This document shows, in pieces, positions 13,266 to 26,109 of a DNA stretch of 64,000 nucleotides (position 1 is the stretch's first letter; every line of letters begins with the position of its first letter). A model generated the notes under the pieces. The model ran no database searches, was not told where the DNA came from, and saw only the letters and a list, made by a program, of their open reading frames with translations. This DNA is from Octopus sinensis (Eukaryota): contig NC_043005.1 in the NCBI RefSeq assembly GCF_006345805.1, positions 41,540,001-41,604,000 of the forward strand, written 5' to 3'. The position numbers and the translations under genes were made by a program.

Positions 13266-14010
13266 AACTCACCCTCATTCACTCACTCACTCACGCACTC
13301 TTTCACTCACTCACTCACTCATTCACTCACTCACTCATTCATCCAACCATTCATCACTCACTCATTCTTTCATCCAACCATTCCTCACTCGCTCGCTTAC
13401 TCACTCACTCACTCACTCACTCACTCACTCACTCACCTACTCACTCACACACTCACTCATTCATTCACTCACTCACCCACTCATTCACTCACTCATCTAT
13501 TCACTCCCACACTGACACACTCACTCCTTCACTCGCTCATTCACTCATACACTCAGTTACTCGCACATTCCTTCCTTCACTCATTCACTCACTCTTTCAT
13601 CCACCCACTCACTCACTCACTCACTCACTCACTCACTCACTCACTCATTCATCCAACCATTCATCACTCACTCATTCTTTCATCCAACCATTCCTCACTC
13701 GCTCGCTTACTCACTTACTCACTCACTCACTCACTTACTCACTCACCTACTCACTCACTCACACTCACTCATTCATTCACTCACTCACCTACTCATTCAC
13801 TCACTCATCTATTCACTCCCACACTGACACACTCACTCCTTCACTCACTCGCTCATTCACTCATACACTCAGTCACTCGCACACTCCTTCACTCACTCAT
13901 TCACTCACTCTTTCATCCACCCACTCACTCATTCACTCACTCACTCATTCACCTACCCACTCACTCACTCACTCACTCACTACCACACCCACATACCCAA
14001 CCTCACCCAC
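13266..14010. repeat. Degenerate (CACT)n array with a ~310-bp higher-order duplication
   Basis: The variant string tcactcattcatccaaccattcatcactcactcattctttcatccaaccattcctcactcgctcgcttac occurs at 13331 and 13641. Confidence 0.9.
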
Positions 14011-14357
14011 GAGTGTGCATGCATCCCTCCAATTAATAAATTATAATGTATGTTAAACCAGAAACATTACAATAATCGTCCAAAGCGAGTGGTATAAGGT
14101 GACGAGTTAATGAGAACCGTGTTATGTCCTAAATTCTGAAGAATTTTACATGAAATTAATGTGAAATAGAATGGTTGTATACTGTCAATCTAACACGAAC
14201 GTGACAGTAGGGGAGTACACCACCGCTGTTTAGCCCTAGGAGGAATCGACGCCTCCTGATGGCTTTGACACATTTTTCCTGTGTCCTTATATACATTTAC
14301 GAAGGGGAGACAAATACCCCCAGCCGCCCGGGCTGCATCTAGGGACACGTTGGGCAG

Positions 14358-14490
14358 CAGCATAGCTGTATTGTTAAGAAGTTGGCTTTGTAGCTACGTG
14401 GGTTCGACATTTTGAACAAGTAAGTTATCACAGCATCGGCTCAAATATTTGTGAATGAAATTTGGAAGGTGAAAACCGCGAGGATTTCTA
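14358..14490 (+). mobile_element. Degenerate SINE family B head
   Basis: caggcatagctgtattgttaagaagttggct...ggttcga...aaatatttgtgaatgaaatttggaaggtgaaaac. Confidence 0.55.
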
Positions 14491-15009
14491 TTAGATGCAC
14501 CGTATTTACTTAGTTTAACACCACGACCTGTGGGCTTGTGCCCGTTAGTGACGAAGTGCTAAAAGACACGGTCATACTTGCGCCTTAATACTTCATTTTT
14601 TATTAGAGAGTCACTAACAATTTCTGTTAGGTTTTTAATTTCTTTACTCCAACAAAAAGGCAAAATTCATTTAACTGAATATTTTATAAATACGTCACTC
14701 ACCATTAAAGCACGAACATGATTTAGTCTAAGTACATGCCATAAGCTCAATTGAGTTATCCCATTAGCCCAATTGTCCAAGAAGAAAAAGAAGAAAAAAA
14801 GGGCTGAGGAAATATCTGATATGTGCAATAAAAAAACTTTCTTGATTTGTCTCTCAATCTTAAATATTTCCAGTATTTTACGGATATTGTTTTCTTTACA
14901 TCAGAAGCTTAAAAAAATTAAAGTAATTTAGATGGAATTTGAACTTGTAACAATAAACAACGTTCTAAATGCTGAAACATCTCCTGTCTAACTTGCCGCG
15001 TTAGGAATC

Positions 15010-15895
15010 AAATACATCGCTCACACCCTTCTATTTGCCGACGATGTCAAACTGGTCGCTCCTCGCGGTGATATAGAGGATCTTCGTCGATGCCTCCACC
15101 AAATTTGGAGATGGTCTAACGAATGGGACCTGTGTCTGAACGTGTCAAAGTGCTGTCATCTGCCTGTTGGCTCTCCTCCTGCAACTCAACTTGATTTCGA
15201 GCCGGGTCGTCTGCTGCTGGAGAGGACCGATCAGGTAAAGGACCTGGGTATCTTGTTGGATTCCTCCTTTTCGCCTTCGGCCCAGTGCGTCCATGCTGCC
15301 AACAAAGCACGCGGAATTCTGTTCTTGATTCGACGGTCATTCGGAATGCTCACAGCAGCCATATTCATACCGCTCTATGTCACGCTGGTGAGACCCATAT
15401 TGGAGTACGGGATTCAAGCCTCGTCTCCCTATCTCCTCAAAGACATACAGCATCTCGAAAGAGTCCAGAAGCTGGCTACTCGCATGGTTCTTGGTCTCAA
15501 GAATTTGTCTTATGAAGAAAGGCTGAAGACGCACGACCTTTATTCTCTAGAAAAACGACGACGCCGTGGAGATCTCATTCTTGCTCACAACATCATAAGC
15601 GGAAAGTGTAACCTCGGCGTGGGGTCATTCCGAAAAGCTCTATCTGCGACGATTTCATCTCAATCGAAGGAGAGGGGCTTTCTCCGTCCGGGTTGCGGAT
15701 CCGTGGAATAAGCTGCCAGACGCGATGGTGAAGATGCCGACGACCGCTCGGTTCAAAGTCTCCCTTGACCTCAAGTGGCCTGAACTCTTTACATGAACAC
15801 CACCTTGTACATAACTCCATGTCCCCCTACATGGCCTTGCTTTTTGCTTTTTGAGCCAAAAAATTAATTAACTAACTAACTAACTAACTAACTAA
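15010..15895 (+). mobile_element. 5'-truncated CR1/L2-group LINE (RT C-terminus, 3' UTR and (TAAC)n tail)
   Basis: TLLFADDVKLV, VKDLGILLDS, LYVTLVRPILEYG, LERVQKLATR, YEERLK..LYSLEKRRRRGDLI; GC-rich relative to its flanks; ends in (taac)n at about 15869-15894. Confidence 0.92.
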
Positions 15896-16388
15896 AAGAC
15901 AAATGCTTTTGACTGGAATATTTAATGTGTTATATTCGAATCCTTATACACACCACATTCCAGTGTTTATGGAGATACAATGTACTTCAATAGCAGGTGC
16001 GATTTTTCAATAATGTACAGGTACGACTATATTATATATTGCAGAGTATGAGGTAATTGCTTAAGCATCAGTCTGGCCGAAGTTGAGATTGACTAGCATA
16101 GTGGCGTCTCTTAGAAGTGCAACACTGCTGGAAATCCAGTGAAAGTCATTGAATGCCTTCTGGCATCACGTGTAGTTTATGATGCTTCGAATGGAAGATT
16201 TGATTTATTAGCGTATTTGCTTCAGTTAACTCCAGATAAATAAAAGGAGAATGTCTAATATACCTACTTTGGAGAAAATAAATATTTATATATTATGTCT
16301 GCTCTGTCTGATTGACAATGTTCGGTAATAACGATCTTTTATATACGGAAATCAACAGCAAGCTGGGACGATAGTGATTAAGAGCGAT

Positions 16389-16450
<62 letters not shown>

Positions 16451-16548
16451 AGAGAGAAAGAAAGAGAGAGAGAAATAATCAGAGAAGTAGAAAGTGGGAG
16501 AGAGAAAGATATATGTATGTATGTGTGTGTGTATATATATATAATATA

Positions 16549-16595
<47 letters not shown>

Positions 16596-16832
16596 TATAT
16601 ATTATATATACATATATATATAAAGAGAGAAAGAAAAAGAGAGGGAGGAAGACAGAAAGAATTGAAGAATTGTAAGAGAAAGAATTGAAAAAAATAGAGG
16701 TTTGGAATCAAAATAGAAAGTAGAAAACGAGAAAACGTAATTATGAAAAGGAAAGAAACTAAAATGAGTGATATGAGTGAAAACCTGAAAAAGAGAAGAG
16801 GACAAAGAGAACGACAAAGGGAAAGATAGATT

Positions 16833-16876
<44 letters not shown>

Positions 16877-16926
16877 AGAATAGAAGGAGGGAGGAGGGGG
16901 GATGCCATATTTATTTAAATTCCTTT

Positions 16927-16965
<39 letters not shown>
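16389..16965. repeat. (GA)n, (TA)n and (CT)n microsatellite cluster
   Basis: Read directly from the sequence. Confidence 0.95.
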
Positions 16966-16967
<2 letters not shown>

Positions 16968-17360
16968 ATCTCTCCTTTTATCTGCAATATGCATATATAA
17001 ACACAGACACGTATATTAGCAGCATCATTTACCGACACATCTGAAACGTGGCGTGAAGTGTTCACAAGGAAAATGGAAAACAAACAGCAATAGAATAAAA
17101 TAACATTTGTGGGTTTGTATAAATATAATAGAAACTTTGAATTGTTTCTCGGATAATACGAATAAACGTCTCAAGATGTATCGTTATTCTAAAGCGCAGT
17201 GGTGAAGTCTTGCTAAGCCACACTCTGTTAAACCGGTTATAAAATAATCCGGATGAAATCTGAGCCAAGAGAGTAATTGTCAACATTAACTTCCGGCCCC
17301 CAACTTTGAAAATGTTGTCGAGTCGTATATCCGAGGTGTTGTAGGTGAGGAACTCCGGTT

Positions 17361-17544
17361 GGCGGAGGTAAAGAATACGCACACCAACCGTTTTCGGCAT
17401 AACCCTAACCATAACCCTAACCCTAAAACCAATACTGAACCCTAACGCTAACCTTAAACTCTAACTCTAACCCTACACCCTAATCCTAACCCTAACCCTA
17501 AACCTAACCCTAAACACACGGTGTGCATATTCTTTACCTTCGCC
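17361..17544. mobile_element. Inverted-repeat element enclosing a degenerate telomeric (CCCTAA)n array
   Basis: ggcggaggtaaagaatacgcacacc (17361-17385) and ggtgtgcatattctttaccttcgcc (17520-17544) are inverted repeats with 2 mismatches; the interior at about 17400-17513 is taaccc repeats. Confidence 0.8.
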
Positions 17545-17888
17545 CTCTGCTCCCCATCCAAAGATGGTAAATTCATCATAAATGTTAAGCTTACTTAAAA
17601 ATATAATTATGGATCATAATGGGAAACAAACTTTTCTCATCCCAATGATGAAATATTGTAGCAGCTGTTCCGAGATATCCCTTTAGATCATATAGCTATT
17701 TGCTATTTGCATCGTGTATACAAGCAGATGGCAGATTCAGTGAGTGAATGTCAAAAATAGGAAATGATGTTGAGTGACATTTGGTCAGTACTCATACAGC
17801 TTAATATCTGGTTTTTCACCCATCCTAAGAAATATATTCCTTCTTTGTAACATTCAACTCTCTAACTAGCCTCTTATTTCGCCCATTA

Positions 17889-18373
17889 CACTGTGTAACA
17901 AAATTTTTATCATATTTTTTTTATCTTTGGTCAGTAAGTGTTTTTCCCTGCTGGCTTCAACTAGAAATCAAAGGAAATGACTACTATTCCCTTCAAAGTT
18001 TGCTTTTGTGACCTGGACATCAATGTTTTGAAACTGACCTATTTTCCATTACATTTCAGAATGATTCAGCTTTGAGTTGCTGAAGCAGAATTGTTATAAC
18101 AAATATTTCGCTCACTATCATAAATTCATTTGTCAGTTACTTGATATTAACCACTTGAGCTTGTCCCTTAGTAGCTAACAATATGTGCATCTCTGATCCT
18201 GAGCAGGAGTAGTAAGGGAGCTTCATAGACATGTATTGCGAGGGATTCTTTGGGGTTTGAATGAATGTAACAAAAGCAAAGTTTGAAGGAAGTATTATCC
18301 ATATTTTATACTTTCTAGGGGTAGCAAATAGGAAATAACAGTTGTTACCTAGGGACAAAAATCGTGTTACACT
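17889..18373. mobile_element. MITE (probably Tc1/mariner type)
   Basis: Ends ta-cactgtgtaacaaaattttt / aaaaatcgtgttacactg; subterminal inverted repeat ccttcaaagtttgcttttgt / acaaaagcaaagtttgaagg; second partial copy at 1150-1331. Confidence 0.75.
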
Positions 18374-18535
18374 GTTATTCTAATTTATTGTCTTCACCTC
18401 ATTTCCCTACATCTTTGTATCTATATTCTGTCTGCTACTTCTATAAGATTTATTTCTTCTTATTCACTCTTGTTGGTGAGAATGTGTATGCATACATTTG
18501 TTGAAGATTTATATTTTGAAACTTGTAAGTGCTAC

Positions 18536-18741
18536 AAATTTTGGCACAAGGCCATCGGCTGGAGAAAGGAAGTCGATTACATCGACCCCAGCATTTGAAT
18601 GGTACTTTATTTTATCGACCTCGAAAGGATGAAAAACGAAGTTGACATCGGTGGTATTTGAACCCAGAGCATAAAGAGTCGGAAGAAATGTCGTTAAATA
18701 TTTTGTTTGACATGCTAGCGAGTCTGCCAGATCGCAGCCTT
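18536..18741 (-). mobile_element. SINE family A (diverged)
   Basis: aagtcgattacatcgaccccag...ggtactttattttatcgacctcgaaaggatgaa...tgctagcgagtctgccagatcgcagcc. Confidence 0.8.
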
Positions 18742-19868
18742 AAATTACTACCGAAAAGTAATTCTATTTTGATAGTATGATATAATCTGAGGAAAATCTG
18801 TTTACACCCACGGAAACAGAGATTAAGTCAGATCAAAGTAGCATGAAATGTGCATGTTTATTTTTCATATTGTGAAAACTTGTTTTGCCTTGCAATTTGC
18901 TTTGATACTACACATATTTTGACCTTGCATTTTCAACCATGGTTTCTAGGGAAAGCAATAATTTAAAGTAGAAGCATGCGACCCTTTCAGTATACCAGAA
19001 CCGGAATTCATAAGGAAATTAGTGGCCGTTCTCCGATAGTGAGAATTAGTTATAAGTAGACAGTTTTGAATATACACAAGTCTAAGACCAAACTGTATTT
19101 TTCTGAAATATGATAATGGCGCAAATTCTATTAATTAATCATTGTTGGTTGGTGCAAGGAAATATATGAGAATTATAAAAAATACGAATTTTGAGTGAAG
19201 GTAGTAACGAAGTGACTTATTCATCACCGATTCTGTAGCCTCAATGTCCGTGGGGAAGAAATTCAAAGTGTTACTGTGAAAATAGCGAGCACATGGGCAT
19301 CAAAAATTTTGGAAGGTAGAGATAGATAATTATAACGATTTTAAAATTACCACAGAATAGTTGATGAAATTAGCCATACTGAAGAAGCTCACGCATCAGC
19401 TGAGTATCTCGAGCCATTCAAAAAGAAATTAAATTTCTTAAGAGCGAAATGTACATAATTTCTCAAGCCAATAGCGGTGTGAAATTGGTTTGTATTAGCA
19501 GTCAGTATTCTGAAATACTCAAGCTTTTTAGAAGAAAAACCTCGACACCTGGTCGTTAGAAACCTTCTACGGTGTTGTGAGAATGTAGGCATACATCTTT
19601 TAGAGTTAGTGGTAGTGAGGTGGCCAGAACAATTGCAAGATTTGAAAGAAATATTGCATCAGATACCAGACAATTATTTCCATTTAAAGAAATAATAGTT
19701 TAGCTTATATATCTTTAATGCGTGATTTTTCGCGCACCTCATTCCAGATATGTGAAAATATCCGGGAGATATCTTTACAAGAGAAACTTAAAAGATTCTA
19801 GCAGAACACAAATTCAACAAAACAGATCACAAAGCAACGTTCAGTATTGAGAGTTCAGTGAGAATTTA

Positions 19869-20200
19869 TCTTTTATCATCTCTTACTCATTTCAGTCATT
19901 GGATTACGGCCATGCTGGGGCACCTCATCGAATAGTTTTAGCTGAACAGCTCAACCCCGGACAAACTTTTTGATTTAAATCTGGTATTAATGCTATCAGT
20001 CTCTTTGTCACACATCCTCACCAGACGGTGGGGTTATGAAACAAATACAGATACAAACACACACATATACTCGACGGGATTCCACACAGTTTCTGTTTGG
20101 CAAATTTACTCACAAAACATTGGTTAGCCCGGGGCTTTAGTAGAAGAGATTTTTCCTAGGTGCCACGAAGAGGCTTCAGAGCGAACTTCTTACACAGTCA
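19869..20200 (-). mobile_element. SINE family B (diverged)
   Basis: tttcagtcattggattacggccatgctgggg...aaatttactcacaaaacattggttagcccggggct. Confidence 0.75.
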
Positions 20201-21113
20201 TACCAGAGCCTATCGTTAATTCGAATTTCAATCTGGATCTTTCACATTATTTTTCAGCACATTAAGTCCCAAACTTGCCATTTGGTGTGCTTTTACCACT
20301 TAGGGAGTCCGAAACTAGTAGGGTGGATGGGGAGGAATGGAATAAGCTATCCTCAAACTGGAAAGCTGACCCAAATACTCTCAACCGAGTGGCCCCTGTT
20401 AAAAGCATCCAAGTGCTGATGTTATCCTAGACTGTGACTTAAGACTGTGAATAATTTCATGTTTGACGATTGATTTATTAGTAATGATTTGACAATTTCA
20501 GTGTCAAACGGTTATTAATCAAACCAACAAAGTTTACTGAATTAAACAGCTAACTGGTCACCAATGCCAGTTACAATACTCATGGTCTAGAGAGGTCAAA
20601 CGCCCAAACCAGAAAACACTTACAATTAAATATCCCATGGTATTTGTTACCCTTGAAGAAGTCCATGATCCATAAAATCTCCCGATAAAATAAGAGCAGT
20701 GGATTGCACGCATCGTTAGAACATCAGTTTTTGTACCAGCTTTCGTTTGAGTTTTTCATATTCTAAACGTAAATCATACGGAGATCAACTATGCATTTCA
20801 TACTTCTGGGACGATAAAACATAGTAGCAGTGAAGTAATAGGGTCGATTTCATATCATACTGTTCTGTACTAGCATGCCGTGGACTAGCAAGGCGCAGTG
20901 CAGTCCAAATCCTCGCCTAACCCTGAGACTTCGATGACAAATAACGCTTACGGGTAAATCGGAGTATACTGACCCAACATCAATATCTATCTTTAACACT
21001 CTATATTGCGTACAGCAACACGACACACTATTAAAAGGAATAATGCGAAAAAAGAAAACGTATTCCGATAAAATATGCATCAAGAACGTCTCCTCTCCAC
21101 CACCAAAAGCAAA

Positions 21114-21144
<31 letters not shown>

Positions 21145-21663
21145 AACAAAAACAAAATGAAGGAAAAACGAGCATTGAAAGTTTGCTAAAACTTGAGCGA
21201 TAAGATGTGAACAATGAAAGTTTGGAAAACGCCGTCCAGGAATATATTCAACGCAACATTATCTTTTAAAGTTAGTTAACCAAACATTTCGTCTTCCTGT
21301 TTCACAGCAGTACATTCAAGAATCGTGCCAAAAATTTCCCTTATTGATTCAACACGTTTTCTTTGTCCCTTAATTTAATCTCTGTCAACTGCACATCTAA
21401 AATTAGAATGTTTTACTAGTCTTCACTCTCATTGGCAAACTTTTAACATTAACGACTGGGTTCTCTCTTGTAAGCTCTAAAATTAAACAAAAGCATCAAT
21501 ATTAGCTCCACTGTGAGAAGGTCAATAAATGCGAATCGTGCATATCAGTCTATGTAATTCTTCACACCAGAATCAATTTTTATTGTAACCAATCAGATAC
21601 ATTCTTTGAGAAAAACAAGGATAACAACTTGTAGCACACTGCTTGGAAGATGATTCCATATAC

Positions 21664-21845
21664 TGGTTTCACATTTTGGCAGAAGGCCAGTAATTCCGAG
21701 GGAGGAGAGCTAGTCGATTACATCGAACCCAGCGATAAAAGACAAAGTAGACCTCGGCGGAATTTGAACTCAGGACGTAAAATTCGAACGAAATGCCGCT
21801 AGGCGTTTTGCTCGGCGTGCTAGCGATTCTGCCAGGCCGTTGCTT
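21664..21845 (-). mobile_element. SINE family A (diverged, internally deleted)
   Basis: agtcgattacatcgaacccag..gacctcggcggaatttgaactcagg..cggcgtgctagcgattctgccag. Confidence 0.8.
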
Positions 21846-22088
21846 TAATGCAGCCAGCTAAAAATCTTGCTATCTTGATTGCAACCGAAATGCTAATACT
21901 AATGTATAAATGCTCATATTTATAGAAATCACCGTCGCTTTTTATGAAAAAAAAAAATAAAAGAAATCGTAATTGGAACATTTGTACATTTACACAGACA
22001 CGTAAAGCTAAAAATTCCTAAATAGATTCAAAAACATGCACACACAAACACATACACACATAAGCACGTACTCACGTACACACATATA

Positions 22089-22147
<59 letters not shown>

Positions 22148-22744
22148 ACACAGACACAGAGAGGCATCTAAAAAATCTTTCGTTTTAATTATACGACATT
22201 TTAAATAGTTTAGGGATGTTATTGTGATGAACGTAATCCACAAGATGTTTGCAGATATAAAATTGCCGATAATATTCATAGGAATAAAAAACAAGTTGAC
22301 TGAATCTAGCTTTTCACTAGTTTGACATCATAGAAAATGTCCTTAAAAAAGAATATAACTAAAAAATAAAATAAAAATTTTAAATTTGTTTACTAATCGA
22401 CTCAACTTGCCACAGAAAAAGACAAAATGAAAATAAATGAAAAATAAGATTTGGAATGTAAAATAGTAAGAAATTACAAACTGTGGAATACTTTGACCTC
22501 CCATATAGGCTTCAACCCAAACATTTTCCCTCGAGCAGTATTTCCCTTACAGGCTACACTTAGAAATTTAAATTACTGATAACCACATCATTTAATGTAA
22601 GGTATACTAGCCATCTCAATATGGCTAACCACTAAGTTACTGGGACGTAAACACACCAACACCAGTTGACAAGCAGTAGTGAGAGACAAACGCAAACACA
22701 AAGATATACGCATACATACATATAAACGTACATACACACATACA

Positions 22745-22952
22745 CACACATACATACATATATATAAATATATACATGCATATATACATACATACATACA
22801 TACATATATATAAATATATATATATACATACATACATACATATATATAAATATATATATATACATACATACATACATATATATAAATATATATATATATA
22901 TACATACATACATATATATAAATATATATATATACATACATACATATATATA

Positions 22953-22987
<35 letters not shown>

Positions 22988-23050
22988 ATATATATATACA
23001 CACAGACACACATATATATATATGCATATATATACACACAGACACACACA
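22745..23050. repeat. TA/TACA array with a 36-bp higher-order period
   Basis: The taaat marker recurs at 22811, 22847, 22883 and 22919; the array follows a family B SINE fragment at about 22633-22705. Confidence 0.85.
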
Positions 23051-24149
23051 AGTAGAACGGAACAGGAGGGTTAAGAGAATAATGACGATAGTGTTTGTGT
23101 GTGTGTATGTGTGGGTGAAGTGTGCGCATGCCTGTGTGAATGAGATCATTGTTACAATATACATGTTGAAAATAGATCCTAGTAAGTAGGTCAATTAGCA
23201 CCTGCAACACCATCAGTAATTTCCCTGCGAGTAAGAAATGCAATTAGCATCAGCACTTGCGGCAGCAATAGAGCTTGTCATCAGCACCACAGCACTGATG
23301 TATAGTTAAAGCAAAGACATTTATAAGACCTTGTGAAGATGTTCAGTGTTACTATTAGAACATTTTGCGATGTAAATTACACTTTTCGTATTTCTTGTAA
23401 TACATATTCATAACTCGTATTTTCTCCAGAGTTTCAGACTTTGAATAACATTCGTTTAAAAATGCTTATTAATTGCCTTAGTGAAACGATGGCAACAGAA
23501 GTTCAACATCAGACATGAAGTAACCAATGAAGTAAACAGAAATCAACAACAGCAATAAAAACAGTGAGTATTATAATTGGACATAGAAAACAGAAGAAGC
23601 ATTTGTTTGACTACTATTAATGTTTTATGGGAAAGACTTAAGGAGTTGTGTAGATTTTCGCAGGTGCTTCTCCGGGAAAGTGATGGCAAAATAAATATTT
23701 ATGAATAAAATATTAGATGATATTTTCAAGTGAAACAACACCTGATATTTATTCAACCCTTTTACCTTCATATTCTTTAGTAACAAATTCAAGGCAACAA
23801 TGGACAAATAATGAGGAAAAGTAATTAAAGTGCCGAAAAGAAGAAGCGATATGTATTCAAACACTGAAACACATCAGTCGGTCGATGCATATATCGAAAG
23901 ACCAAGAAGTTAGAGTATATCTTCCGAGTTGTATGCCACACCATCCATCCATCCATCTAAAAATACCCAGGTGATGTTGAAATTCCAATGAAGGAGCCTT
24001 GGATCTAGGTAGAAACATGTTCTTTACCTATCGGCAAGAAATCTTGAAATAAAACTGAATATTGACAAGCATACATAAATACATACATACATACATACAT
24101 ACATACATAAATACATACATTCATCCATTCATTCATACATACATTAAAA

Positions 24150-24790
24150 TTAAAAATGAAGCAGTTCACTGGGTAGTTAGTACGTGGTTACTTGGTACAA
24201 AAAACACGAACTATAGAAGGAATTGGTCATGTCAAGAGCTTGGCAAGGGGTACCAACAAGTTTATGGTATCCTGCTTTGAAGGCTACCTCCATTCAATTC
24301 AAGAACAAGAGACCCCCCCAGCAAATACCAACAGTATAAGCGGCAGGAAAAATTAACAGACAACAAATGTAGGCTATGCGAAACCCAAACCCAAAAACTT
24401 CAACCACATTATTGCGAACTATGAGAGAATGTCTTCCAAATATTGTCTTTCCATGAGGCATAATGCAGTGGTCAGTACTGTCTGGAACAGAAAAGAAAAA
24501 AAACGAAAATACCTACAGAATTTGACTATATCGAAACCTATAGGTCAAAAGAATAGTGGTGGAACTTAAAGATTATAACAGCTACCAAGTTAAAACACAA
24601 CCGGCCAGATAATGTTGTGTGGGACTACAAAGAGACGATATGTTCTGTTGTGGAAATCGGATGCCCTCTGGACACTAATGTGGTTTGGAAAATACAAGAG
24701 ACCATTAATAAGGAGTTTGCAAATCCAATAACAAAGATATACTTTCAACTTCATACCTATTATTATTGGAGCAATAGGATATATACCAAC
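24150..24790 (+). mobile_element. Degenerate R4/Dong-like (RLE-type) non-LTR retrotransposon 3' fragment
   Basis: Zinc-knuckle remnant CRLC...HIIAN, then RHNAVV and HNRPDNVVWDYKETICSVVEIGCPLDTN (the PD..E motif of restriction-like endonucleases). Confidence 0.75.
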
Positions 24791-25645
24791 CCGTCTGGAG
24801 TAAAGTATGGCTTAATTTTTGATCATGTGGAGAGAGTGCAATTCCTTAATTCATAATCAAAATTTACTCTAAATAAAAAAGAGAAAGACAACATGCATGT
24901 ATACATGCACACACATATAGGTGTATAGAATAAATATGCATGAATGAAATACGAAGATAAATAGGTATAGAAATGCATGTATATGAATAAATATGAATTT
25001 AAAAAATAAAGACAATGCAAAAATATGTTTACGCATATGTGAAGCATACAATAAAATGGCGCAAGACCCAATAGTTTACAATAATATTTGAATGTTTATG
25101 ATTTCCATTTAAATGCTTATTAGATAATAGGTGTATGGGAGCCTTTATGAGCTGGAAAACCTTCGGATCATACATTTGGTCCTTCGGAATTCTGGAGCAA
25201 AAGAAACAGCTTTTCTGTTAGACACAAATTGGCTGTTCAGTCTTGACTGGAAGCTTCTATGCAAAATTTAACTCTTAGTAATTTTGAAAACGTCTGGTGT
25301 TTCTTAGGAACCAAATATATACTTCGATAGGATTGCCACAAATCCTTTCTCTGACTTTATCTAAAATGTTTGTACGATTAAAAAGGTTCCATAAGTATTT
25401 CTGATCAAACTTTTGATGCTCATTACATCAAACGTGTTAATACTAACCTAATTATAATTATTCTTTGGAATGGTATCTCTGGATAATTAACCATAGTCTT
25501 TATTTGTTTTCAATTTGAATAGATTCTTAGCCAACCGTTTCCATTCAACAGCGTATCGTGGTCTCATAAATTGATTTTTCCTCAGTATCTGACCATAATT
25601 CTGATTTATATTTTATATTAAGGTGAATATATACGAAATATTCAC

Positions 25646-25803
25646 CATTGCCGTTTCCATAATTTTGTGAATAAAACATTAGGATTCGAATCAGATGATT
25701 GGTGCGGCTGAACAGATGTTTGATCGAAGCTGAAAGAACTGAGTATTCCATTAACTTCTGTGTACAGCCAAAGAAATAAACAAGACATCGAAGATAACAG
25801 CAT
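25646..25803 (-). other. Possible first coding exon with signal-peptide-like N-terminus (unverified)
   Basis: MLLSSMSCLFLWLYTEVNG...LWKRQ followed by a TG|gtgaat donor-like site; lies about 300 bp from a promoter-like motif cluster. No homology recognised. Confidence 0.25.
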
Positions 25804-26109
25804 TATTGAGAACGACAGTGACAACAGCCATGTTGGTTACGCAGAAAATAAGGAAAAAAAAGAACAACAAAAAACAGGAGTGACAAGAAAGAAAATACAA
25901 AAAGAAACACACTAATACAAAAAAATAAAAACTTAAACAATATTAATAATTAGAAAAAGAATAATCAAGCATAAATACGTTGCACAAAAATATTAATCAC
26001 GATCCTGTCTTTTTAAGATGACATTTTTGTAGCTTTAAATTTGTTCAATATAACTAATTACTTTTGAAGTTTCAACTAAATACTAGATTCGATAACCTTA
26101 TGACATTAT

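Noticed and set aside
17400-17513. True telomere
   Set aside because: The array is short, degenerate, internal and bracketed by inverted repeats.
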